Of a stretch of 64,000 nucleotides of DNA, positions 9,195-16,086 are shown piece after piece. Every line of letters starts with the position of its first letter. Position 1 is the first letter of the stretch. The stretch is from positions 1 through 64,000 of IMG/VR virus record IMGVR_UViG_3300023171_000011. One strand, given 5' to 3'. A model generated the notes under the pieces. The model ran no database searches, was not told where the DNA came from, and was given only the letters and a program-made list of their open reading frames with translations. The stretch comes from a virus. A program made the position numbers and the translations under genes.

Positions 9195-9558
9195 ACAGAC
9201 AAAGCGTTACAGTCCTAAGTCCAAGAAAACAAATCGGGATATTTTGTTCAAAAAAGTATGCAGCAAGACGGGTTATCCTTTGAGTGATGTGAGGGCTATT
9301 GGATTAGAGATTTTCAATACGATGCAGCAGGAGTTGTTGAATGGTAAGGCTATTTTGATTCCGAAGTTCTTTTATTTCTACCCATTTTATTATGTGGGGA
9401 GGACTTTAGTGAACATCAAGACAAAGGTGAACTTTGATATACCTTCCAGGTTTATACCTAAAGTGGTGTTTCATAAAGCTTTTTCGGGCAAGATGATCAC
9501 TTCATTAAAGCCCGTAGATCCGTTGGACTTAGATATGGAGGAGAATTATGGGAAGTAA
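9181..9558 (+). CDS. IHF/HU-family DNA-binding protein
   Basis: Helix-helix then L.NGKAILIPKFFYF...GRTLVNIKTKVNFDIPSRFIPKVVF beta-arm pattern. Confidence 0.75.
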   Translation: MMFNKQTKRYSPKSKKTNRDILFKKVCSKTGYPLSDVRAIGLEIFNTMQQELLNGKAILIPKFFYFYPFYYVGRTLVNIKTKVNFDIPSRFIPKVVFHKAFSGKMITSLKPVDPLDLDMEENYGK

Positions 9559-9943
9559 TTTTATTGTACCAATGGTTGTGTATCCGTTTGATATTATGTT
9601 CTCTATAAATGAGACTGATAAACAGTTTAAAAAGTCTATTGAATCAAAACTACATCCGGAGCATTTTGATCAATTTATGACCGACACATCGATACCTAAA
9701 ATGGAGAATAGTATTCCTGGGACTGCAAGAACGGTTAGATTAAGCTCAGGTCAAACAATAGTCAGGATCAATCACTTTGAAAATACACCTCAAATGCATG
9801 GTGTGTTGGCTCATGAAATTTTTCATGCTATTGAATTTTTGTTCAGACGTATAGAAATAGTCCTTTGCAACAAAAGTGATGAGGCGTATGCATATGCGAT
9901 TGGGTATTTAACAGAACAATTTTATAAAAACTATAAATTTTAA
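9548..9943 (+). CDS. zincin-like HExxH metalloprotein
   Basis: LAHEIFHA ... DEAYAYAIGYL. Confidence 0.7.
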   Translation: MGSNFIVPMVVYPFDIMFSINETDKQFKKSIESKLHPEHFDQFMTDTSIPKMENSIPGTARTVRLSSGQTIVRINHFENTPQMHGVLAHEIFHAIEFLFRRIEIVLCNKSDEAYAYAIGYLTEQFYKNYKF

Positions 9944-9946
9944 AAA

Positions 9947-10240
9947 ATGAGTGAACTAAATTTTATTCCTGTTGATGACAGGGTGGTAATCAAGCCGGAG
10001 GAGGGCGTAAACAAGACGGAGAGTGGGTTATATATCCCTGATACTTCTGTTCAGAGGCCTTTAAGGGGAGAAGTGGTAGCGATAGGCCCAGGTAGACAGA
10101 ATAGTGAGGGAGAAAGGCTTAAAATGCAGCTATCGATTGGCGACAGGGTATTGTATCCTAAGCATGGGTTTACTGCGGTTACTTTTGAAGATCAGGAGTA
10201 CTTGATCATTAAAGAGGGAGATGTTTTAAGTAAGTATTAA
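9947..10240 (+). CDS. groES: co-chaperonin GroES
   Basis: PVDDRVVIK..KTESGLYIPD...GEVVAIGPG...GDRVLY...YLIIKEGDVL. Confidence 0.95.
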   Translation: MSELNFIPVDDRVVIKPEEGVNKTESGLYIPDTSVQRPLRGEVVAIGPGRQNSEGERLKMQLSIGDRVLYPKHGFTAVTFEDQEYLIIKEGDVLSKY

Positions 10241-10285
10241 CCATTGGACCGGAGTGTAGTGCTTCGGTCTTTAAAATTGAAAACT

Positions 10286-10564
10286 ATGAGTAAGATTCAA
10301 AACAGGATTTTCAAGTATGAACTTAAAATCACAGACAGCCAAAAAATAGACATGCCTATTGGGGCTAGGTTATTGTCGGCCAAAGAACAGGATGGTAAAT
10401 TGATGGTGTGGGCCCTTGTTGATTTAAGGTGTGCAAACAAACCAAAAGAAATCATGATAGTAGGCACAGGTCATCCTATAGAATTTGCTGTAGGTGAATA
10501 CAGTCTGAATTTCGTGGATACTGTTGTTATGTCTAATGGTTTTGTTTGGCATATTTTCGCTTAA
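10286..10564 (+). CDS. conserved phage protein (DUF7352-like)
   Basis: RIFKYEL...MPIGARLLS...VWALVD...VGTGHP...FVWHIF. Confidence 0.7.
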   Translation: MSKIQNRIFKYELKITDSQKIDMPIGARLLSAKEQDGKLMVWALVDLRCANKPKEIMIVGTGHPIEFAVGEYSLNFVDTVVMSNGFVWHIFA

Positions 10565-10573
10565 AATTGAAAT

Positions 10574-10765
10574 ATGAAAACAGCAATAGAAATACTATTC
10601 GAAAAAACCAATGGAGACGCAGATTACATATCTGTAAACAATTGTCTTGAGGCCATGCAAGCCTACGCTCATCAGGCTTTGGATCTGGCGGCAGAGAGGC
10701 AGGTTAACCAATTTACGTTAGAGGCCACAAAAGATTCTATTTTAAAGCTAAAGGAGGAGATATAA
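10574..10765 (+). CDS. hypothetical protein
   Basis: ORF track; AMQAYA...ALDLAAE pattern. Confidence 0.6.
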   Translation: MKTAIEILFEKTNGDADYISVNNCLEAMQAYAHQALDLAAERQVNQFTLEATKDSILKLKEEI

Positions 10766-10974
10766 TGACTATTTGGTTTAGCAGAAGATTTAATGGCAAA
10801 AAGAAGTATTGCAGCAAATCTATATCATTAAGATTTGTTCCTAGACATTGGGATAAATTCAGCTTAAGAAACAATGGGGCTCAGAAGGGAAATTTAAAGG
10901 ATACCTGTTTTGATTTTAACCTTCAATTCTTTGGTATTTGGTTCTCATACACTAATTGGGACTACAACAGATGA
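10765..10974 (+). CDS. hypothetical protein
   Basis: TAATG coupling. Confidence 0.55.
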   Translation: MTIWFSRRFNGKKKYCSKSISLRFVPRHWDKFSLRNNGAQKGNLKDTCFDFNLQFFGIWFSYTNWDYNR

Positions 10975-11444
10975 AAAAGCAAACAATCGCCTTCGTTCGT
11001 GACGACTTGACTGGCTTGAGGATGTTGGATAAGCCATCATTCTTATCCTTTATAAGCGACTTTGGTGCAGGAACCAAGCTAAGACTAACAATTGAGAACT
11101 ATAGTCCTCAGAGAAGCCTTGAATTGAATGGTGTCATCCACTGGTATTGCCATGATCTTGCAGAAGAATGTGGTATGGATATGGAAGATTTCAAGATGAT
11201 GATGAAGATTAAATTCTTGAAGAGGGATGCGCTGGATAAACAGGGTAACATCATGTACGATCAGGACACAGGCGAAGTGTTAACTTACATTGAAAAGACT
11301 AGCAAGTTATCTGATGCGGAAGGGGCCAAGTTTGTTGAACAGATCAGGGACTTCGGAATTAATTTCCTTGGGTATACCTTACCTCTTCCAGATAAAAACT
11401 ACAAAATACATTTTTTAGAAGAACACAAAAAGACAATGAAATAA
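10971..11444 (+). CDS. NinB/Orf-like recombination protein
   Basis: RSLELNGVIHWYC...TSKLS...FVEQIRDFG...LPLP. Confidence 0.7.
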   Translation: MKKQTIAFVRDDLTGLRMLDKPSFLSFISDFGAGTKLRLTIENYSPQRSLELNGVIHWYCHDLAEECGMDMEDFKMMMKIKFLKRDALDKQGNIMYDQDTGEVLTYIEKTSKLSDAEGAKFVEQIRDFGINFLGYTLPLPDKNYKIHFLEEHKKTMK

Positions 11445-11752
11445 TGGAAGACCCTAAAAAAGAAGCAAGAACCTGGCATTATATTCAAAAGCCTAATCAC
11501 TTCGAGATTGTCTGTCCAAAATGTGGTAGCAATGAATGTGATTGGAGTGAATACGCTGGACATATCTGGTGTTATAAATGCAAGTTAGATATTTGGGATT
11601 ACGAATCTCCTATGAGCGGTCCCGTTCCTATTGGCATATCAAAAATACTAGGGATTGACTTGAGAATTTATAATATGGTCACAAAAGAAATTGAAGACCT
11701 TGAGGAGCATAAAGAAACACTTAAAAATGAAAGTAATAATAGCAGGAGGTAG
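11444..11752 (+). CDS. Zn-ribbon protein
   Basis: CPKC...WSEY..HIWCYKC. Confidence 0.7.
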   Translation: MEDPKKEARTWHYIQKPNHFEIVCPKCGSNECDWSEYAGHIWCYKCKLDIWDYESPMSGPVPIGISKILGIDLRIYNMVTKEIEDLEEHKETLKNESNNSRR

Positions 11753-12110
11753 AGATTTTAAGGACATTGATTTACTAATGGAGAGCTTAGATAAAATATT
11801 GTTCAATCAAGGTGAAGAAGTAGAGATAGTTTCAGGAGGACAAGTTACTGTAGATAAAGAAACAGGACAAAAGTATGGCGCTGACTATTTAGGTGAATGG
11901 TATGCAGCTACTGTCAGGCACTGCAAATTGACTATATTCCCTGCTGACTGGAATACGCATGGTAAATCAGCAGGTCCCAAGCGGAATAAACAAATGGCAG
12001 AATACTCAGATGCTTTAATAGCATTTTGGGATGGTAAAAGTAAAGGAACAGCTAACATGATTGAAGAAGCGAAAAAACAAAACTTAAAAATCAGAATAAT
12101 TTATTATTAA
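11727..12110 (+). CDS. SLOG-superfamily protein (YspA/DUF2493-like)
   Basis: KVIIAGGRDF...GAD...ADWNTHGKSAGPKRN.QMA...FWDGKSKGT. Confidence 0.9.
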   Translation: MKVIIAGGRDFKDIDLLMESLDKILFNQGEEVEIVSGGQVTVDKETGQKYGADYLGEWYAATVRHCKLTIFPADWNTHGKSAGPKRNKQMAEYSDALIAFWDGKSKGTANMIEEAKKQNLKIRIIYY

Positions 12111-12140
12111 TTTTACATTTCACATTTAAACACTAACATT

Positions 12141-12671
12141 TTGAAAACAAAATTCAACAAAGTAAAGCTCGACAAGAGCGGACAGGCGGTAGTATTTGGA
12201 ATCACCCAAACAAGCCCATTAGGTAGCTCAGATGTATTGACTTCCAAAGCTCCGGCATTGACCATGGATAAGCCACCACATAAAGACTTATCAGACGCAT
12301 TTGTAGACCTTATACCGCACTTACTCTTTAGTTCCGAGTTATTCCCTATCATGACGACAAATAAGGACTGGTACGAAAGCAGAGAGTTCCTGGAAGAGAA
12401 AATCTTCACCGGCATTACGGTTCATGAGCTGCAGATTCTAAACCAAGAAGAGACGAAGATCAAGTTGATCGGCAGCAAGACGACTACGCTTGGAGAGGTT
12501 GTTCCTTTGCAGTCGGTGATCATTGACATGGAAGCGGATGGACCAGACAAGTATCTTTTGATTACAGTACTGTCAGAGGTCGTAGAAAGAGTGATCTCTG
12601 AGGCGGGGCTATATTACTCCAATCAGAAGTATGGATCGTTTGTAGAGCAGCAAGCATTAGATTTGGTTTAA
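12141..12671 (+). CDS. conserved Bacteroidetes-phage protein (TTG start)
   Basis: PHKDLSDAF.DLIPHL motif. Confidence 0.65.
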   Translation: MKTKFNKVKLDKSGQAVVFGITQTSPLGSSDVLTSKAPALTMDKPPHKDLSDAFVDLIPHLLFSSELFPIMTTNKDWYESREFLEEKIFTGITVHELQILNQEETKIKLIGSKTTTLGEVVPLQSVIIDMEADGPDKYLLITVLSEVVERVISEAGLYYSNQKYGSFVEQQALDLV

Positions 12672-12672
12672 G

Positions 12673-12951
12673 ATGCCTAAATACAGAAGAATACCAAAAG
12701 AGTTTGACGCAGTTCAGTTTAGAGGAGGAGACTTTTCTACTGCTGTCATAGAAAAGTTTATGGGCGTTCAAGAATTAATGTGCAACAAAAATGGAACTAG
12801 TGAATGTCAGGAGTTAATTATTCCAACAGAAGAAGGGGAGTTAACAGCATCAGCCGGAGATTTCATAGTGAAAGGATACACAGAAGCTCTTGGATGGCAT
12901 TATTGGCCCGTAAAGGAAGACTTCTTTAACGAGAACTACGAAAAAGTATAA
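12673..12951 (+). CDS. PGDYG-like phage protein
   Basis: KYRR..EFDAVQF...TEEGE..AS.GDFIVKG...WPVK.DFFNENYE. Confidence 0.75.
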   Translation: MPKYRRIPKEFDAVQFRGGDFSTAVIEKFMGVQELMCNKNGTSECQELIIPTEEGELTASAGDFIVKGYTEALGWHYWPVKEDFFNENYEKV

Positions 12952-13026
12952 CCCTGTCGAAATCGACACCTTTGGAAGCCCTGAGAGAAATCTTGGGGCT
13001 TTTGCTTTTAAAAACTATATTTGAGT

Positions 13027-13404
13027 ATGAAATACATTTTACTAACCGCAGTGCTTTTATTCTGCCACTACCTAGCTGACTACACACACTTAAGCCGACC
13101 ATACATGCTTGCTGCAAAAAGATTTGGTAAACCACTATGGCCTATCTTTATCCACGCCTGTACTCATGGGACTTTAATGGGATGTGCTCTACTGCTTTTC
13201 AATGTCAAAACTGAAACAACGCTATGGTTAGTCTGCATGCAGGTCTTATCTCACTTCATTATAGACGTTTTAAAGGGCCGAATTAATATTTGGATACCAA
13301 TGGTCCAACAGCCGGCTAAAGTCTGGCATTGGGTCGTATTTGGTGCCGATCAGTACTTCCATCAGGTGATAATCCTTTGGATGGTTTTAATTGCTTTAAA
13401 TTAA
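13027..13404 (+). CDS. DUF3307-family membrane protein
   Basis: CHYLADY...HACTH...SHFIID..K...DQYFH. Confidence 0.8.
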   Translation: MKYILLTAVLLFCHYLADYTHLSRPYMLAAKRFGKPLWPIFIHACTHGTLMGCALLLFNVKTETTLWLVCMQVLSHFIIDVLKGRINIWIPMVQQPAKVWHWVVFGADQYFHQVIILWMVLIALN

Positions 13405-13432
13405 CGCTTGTTCGCAAATTAAAAACTTTTCG

Positions 13433-13440
13433 TATGTTTG
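13433..13440 (+). promoter_or_regulatory. Bacteroidetes -7 promoter element for putative sRNA
   Basis: TATGTTTG matches TAnnTTTG. Confidence 0.6.
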
Positions 13441-13445
13441 CGAGG

Positions 13446-13530
13446 TAAATGTTTCGGACGTTCTGTCTGAGCTATTTCGTTAGTTTTGTTTTCATAGAAA
13501 GTCTGGACTGGTACTCCGGACTTTCACATT
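13446..13530 (+). ncRNA. putative small RNA (hairpin, U-rich anti-start-codon tract, terminator-like hairpin)
   Basis: Bounded by promoter and GAAAGTCTGGA/TCCGGACTTTC hairpin; no convincing plus-strand ORF. Confidence 0.45.
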
Positions 13531-13540
13531 TAAAAATAAA

Positions 13541-13573
13541 TTTGGCTGGATTAAAATAATTGTCTTATACTTG
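13541..13573 (+). promoter_or_regulatory. promoter of the tRNA array, nearly leaderless leader-peptide mRNA
   Basis: TTTG-N21-TATACTTG, 4 nt before ATG. Confidence 0.65.
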
Positions 13574-13577
13574 CATC

Positions 13578-13646
13578 ATGAAATTACTAAACATACATCA
13601 GTGGCCCAATCAATTTGACATTATTGTCGAGCGGTTTACTGTGTAG
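13578..13646 (+). CDS. 22-aa attenuator leader peptide MKLLNIHQWPNQFDIIVERFTV
   Basis: Directly after promoter; overlaps antiterminator segment; codons match downstream tRNAs. Confidence 0.75.
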   Translation: MKLLNIHQWPNQFDIIVERFTV

Positions 13647-13666
13647 TTTTAATTATAAAATTATTT

Positions 13667-13699
13667 AGGCCTCTTGACAAAAATCAAGGGGCTTTTTTT
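13667..13699 (+). terminator. attenuator terminator upstream of tRNA array
   Basis: AGGCCTCTTGA/TCAAGGGGCTT 11-bp stem followed by U tract. Confidence 0.85.
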
Positions 13700-13705
13700 A
13701 TGCAC

Positions 13706-13776
13706 AAGGGTTTACGATAATGGTAGTCTACGGGTCTCCAAAACCTAGAGTAATGGTTCGAATCCATTAACCTTTG
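13706..13776 (+). tRNA. tRNA-Trp(CCA)
   Basis: Cloverleaf; loop CT-CCA-AA; T arm AATGG TTCGAAT CCATT. Confidence 0.8.
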
Positions 13777-13781
13777 CAAAT

Positions 13782-13855
13782 AGTGCAATATATCAATTGG
13801 TTAGATTACCGCATTTGGGATGCGGAGGTTCCGAGTTCGAGTCTCGGTTGCGCTA
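13782..13855 (+). tRNA. tRNA-Pro(TGG)
   Basis: AGTGCAA/TTGCGCT acceptor; CCGCA-TTTGGGA-TGCGG. Confidence 0.85.
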
Positions 13856-13926
13856 CGTAGTAGGAAGAGCGGTTCGAGTCCGCAGGATCTTTGATCTGAT
13901 AGTGTATCTGGCTAGCACACCTGCGT
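13856..13926 (+). ncRNA. circularly permuted tRNA-like element (YrlA/Y-RNA-like)
   Basis: Order: GTAGG, T arm, loop-closed acceptor hairpin GGATC-TTT-GATCT, D arm, CCTGC. Confidence 0.6.
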
Positions 13927-13931
13927 TATTT

Positions 13932-14003
13932 TACTGCCTAGTGTAATGGTAAGCACAACAGACTTTGATTCTGTTAGTCGGAGTTCGAATCTCTGGGTGG
14001 TAA
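13932..14003 (+). tRNA. tRNA-Gln(TTG)
   Basis: TACTGCC/GGTGGTA; ACAGA-CTTTGAT-TCTGT. Confidence 0.85.
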
Positions 14004-14004
14004 C

Positions 14005-14077
14005 GGTGATTCTGTCCGTAATGTAACGGAGCCGGTCTGTGAAATCGGTTATCAGGGTTCAAGTCCCTGGTTTCACA
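14005..14077 (+). tRNA. tRNA-His(GTG)
   Basis: CCGGT-CTGTGAA-ATCGG; encoded G-1; mismatches in acceptor stem. Confidence 0.75.
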
Positions 14078-14083
14078 CTAAAT

Positions 14084-14155
14084 ATTTCTGTACGTCAACG
14101 GATAGACTACGAAGCTACGAACTTCGGAATAAGGTTTCGAATCCTTTCAGAAATA
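14084..14155 (+). tRNA. tRNA-Arg(ACG)
   Basis: ATTTCTG/CAGAAAT; CGAAG-CTACGAA-CTTCG. Confidence 0.8.
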
Positions 14156-14160
14156 CAAAT

Positions 14161-14240
14161 GCCCTGCTGACTTATGCAAACTGGTACAGCTACAAGTCTT
14201 AGAAACTTGGTTTTTCTCGGTTCGAGTCCGAGGTGGGGTA
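14161..14240 (+). tRNA. tRNA-Leu(TAG), short variable loop
   Basis: GCCCTGC/GTGGGGT; CAAGT-CTTAGAA-ACTTG; enlarged D region. Confidence 0.75.
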
Positions 14241-14246
14241 CTAAAT

Positions 14247-14320
14247 ATGCTGTTAGCTCAGTCGGTTAGAGCGCCACTCTTATAAGGTGGAAGTCAAAGG
14301 TTCAAATCCTTTACGGCATA
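14247..14320 (+). tRNA. tRNA-Ile(TAT)
   Basis: ATGCTGT/ACGGCAT; CCACT-CTTATAA-GGTGG; canonical D arm. Confidence 0.85.
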
Positions 14321-14335
14321 CTTGTTAAATAGTCT

Positions 14336-14370
14336 GAGGCAGCAGTCGTGATGATAGCTGCCTTTTTATT
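14336..14370 (+). terminator. terminator closing the tRNA array
   Basis: GAGGCAGC...GCTGCCTT followed by T tract. Confidence 0.8.
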
Positions 14371-14582
14371 GTCGAAATAGATCGTAAATTATCCAAGAAA
14401 TCCCTTATTCCTACCAAAACGTCAAAATAAGCCTGTTTTCAAAAGCTTAATTCGACGAAATCTTATTTGATGGTCATTTGATAGACCTAAGTATTAAAGT
14501 GTCTTATATCGCTTTAAAATCACTTAAATGGGTAATTTTTATTTGATTGGCATTCGGAAAGAAAAGAAAGTGAAAATAAATG

Positions 14583-14612
14583 TTGACAGTATGAAAATTA
14601 AATTTACATTTG
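14583..14612 (+). promoter_or_regulatory. Bacteroidetes sigma70-type promoter of replication operon
   Basis: TTG-N19-TACATTTG. Confidence 0.8.
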
Positions 14613-14626
14613 TGATGTAATGGCAA

Positions 14627-14718
14627 GATATTTGGAAGTAGTGAGCTGAATATCGTAAAGTCAATAAAGGCATTAAGAAACTGCCCCTGGAGAAACTCAC
14701 TACCTTCAGGGGTTTTTT
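14627..14718 (+). promoter_or_regulatory. two-hairpin leader with complementary loops ending in a terminator
   Basis: Loop GTAGTGAG (14638-45) complementary to CTCACTAC (14696-703) in the CCCCTGGAG/CTTCAGGGG-T6 hairpin. Confidence 0.65.
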
Positions 14719-14724
14719 ATTTTT

Positions 14725-15012
14725 ATGGAAAATTTACAAGTAATCTGTCCAAAATGTAGTTCCTCTAATTATAGAGTTGAGCAAAGAGGTATTCACAAAA
14801 CAGCATTCTGCCAGGAATGTGATGCTTACATCAAGAATCTCCCACAAGGCGTACCGACAACACTTTTCTTTGGCAAGTACAAAGGCCGTACAATCGAATC
14901 TATGATGGAGAAGGATGAAGTGGGTTATCTTGTATGGTTGCTTACTAAGCCGGACTTAAAACCAAACTCCCTGCGTACAGCAATTGAGAAACATTTAATT
15001 AGCGGTAAGTAG
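14725..15012 (+). CDS. Zn-ribbon plus DUF3820-like (FGKYKG) protein
   Basis: CPKC...CQEC; FGKYKGRTI...GYLVWL. Confidence 0.75.
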   Translation: MENLQVICPKCSSSNYRVEQRGIHKTAFCQECDAYIKNLPQGVPTTLFFGKYKGRTIESMMEKDEVGYLVWLLTKPDLKPNSLRTAIEKHLISGK

Positions 15013-15014
15013 TT

Positions 15015-15350
15015 ATGGCGGGTATACAAAAAAATAACGGATACATTTTCCCAAAATGGCTACCGCAAAAAATAAGTGCAAGCAGGATAAGATCAAGCAT
15101 GGATAAAAAAGATGCACTAAAGTGCTTTAGAAATTCATCAAGCGGTTTTATTAAAAAAAATGATCTTCGGGTTTATTTATTTGAAAAGTTTAAAAATAAA
15201 TGTGTTAAGTGCTCTTCAATGGATAAAATACAAATTGATCATATAATTTCGGTCAAGCGGTGTTTTGATAATCAATTATTCGATTTCTGCAATACTGAAG
15301 AAAATCTACAAGTTTTATGCATGAAGTGTAATACTACTAAATTACCCTGA
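15015..15350 (+). CDS. HNH endonuclease
   Basis: CVKC...IDHIIS...NLQVLCMKCN. Confidence 0.85.
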   Translation: MAGIQKNNGYIFPKWLPQKISASRIRSSMDKKDALKCFRNSSSGFIKKNDLRVYLFEKFKNKCVKCSSMDKIQIDHIISVKRCFDNQLFDFCNTEENLQVLCMKCNTTKLP

Positions 15351-15351
15351 T

Positions 15352-16086
15352 ATGGCTAGGCAAGAAAGAAATAGCGTAGATTATTTTCCGCACACAGTTA
15401 CTCACGGAAGAAAGATGTTTTATCTTAGGTCAAAGTATAAGAATGATGGTTATGCTGTATGGTTTATGCTGATTGAACAATTAGGTAGAACAGAGTATCA
15501 CTATCTTGATTTATCTGATGATATTCAACTTATGTATTTGTCAAGCGAATTTATGGTAAGCGAACAAGTGCTGAAAGATATTATTGATATACTTGTAAAA
15601 TTTGGTGATTTTGATGATGATTTATGGAATAATCATAAGGTTATTTTTAACGAAAAATTCAATCAAAGTATATCTGATGCTTACAAGAAAAGAAATAATG
15701 ACTGCATTTCAAAAGAGAACCTTTATAAGCTATTAGGGTTCCCTAATGAAAGTAAAAAAACCCCTAATAAGCCATTAAGTACAAGTGAAGTATCCGGTAG
15801 TACACAAAGAAAAGAAAAGGATATAAAAGAAGATAATATATATAGATTTTTTGATCATTTAAGTATAACTGTTGAGGAGGTTGAATCTCTGAAAAGTAAA
15901 GGTTATACTCAGATACAAATTGACGATATACTTGACGCAATCGAAAATAGTAAAAAAAATAAAAATTATAAGTCACTTCCTAAAACTGCTTTGATTTGGC
16001 TAAAGCGAAACGGAGAGCCGGCACAACAAAATGATAAACCCTTAAATCCACACGATGCAATTCTTAAAACCTTTAACCAACGATAG
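15352..16086 (+). CDS. replication initiator (DUF4373/Lin1244-like)
   Basis: DYFPH...KM..L...Y...GYAVWFMLIEQL N-terminal motif; directly upstream of helicase. Confidence 0.75.
   Translation: MARQERNSVDYFPHTVTHGRKMFYLRSKYKNDGYAVWFMLIEQLGRTEYHYLDLSDDIQLMYLSSEFMVSEQVLKDIIDILVKFGDFDDDLWNNHKVIFNEKFNQSISDAYKKRNNDCISKENLYKLLGFPNESKKTPNKPLSTSEVSGSTQRKEKDIKEDNIYRFFDHLSITVEEVESLKSKGYTQIQIDDILDAIENSKKNKNYKSLPKTALIWLKRNGEPAQQNDKPLNPHDAILKTFNQR

Noticed and set aside
15720-15800. Iteron-like repeats (ATAAGCYATTA, CCCTAAT) inside the initiator gene
   Set aside because: Only two short imperfect copies; too weak to call an origin.
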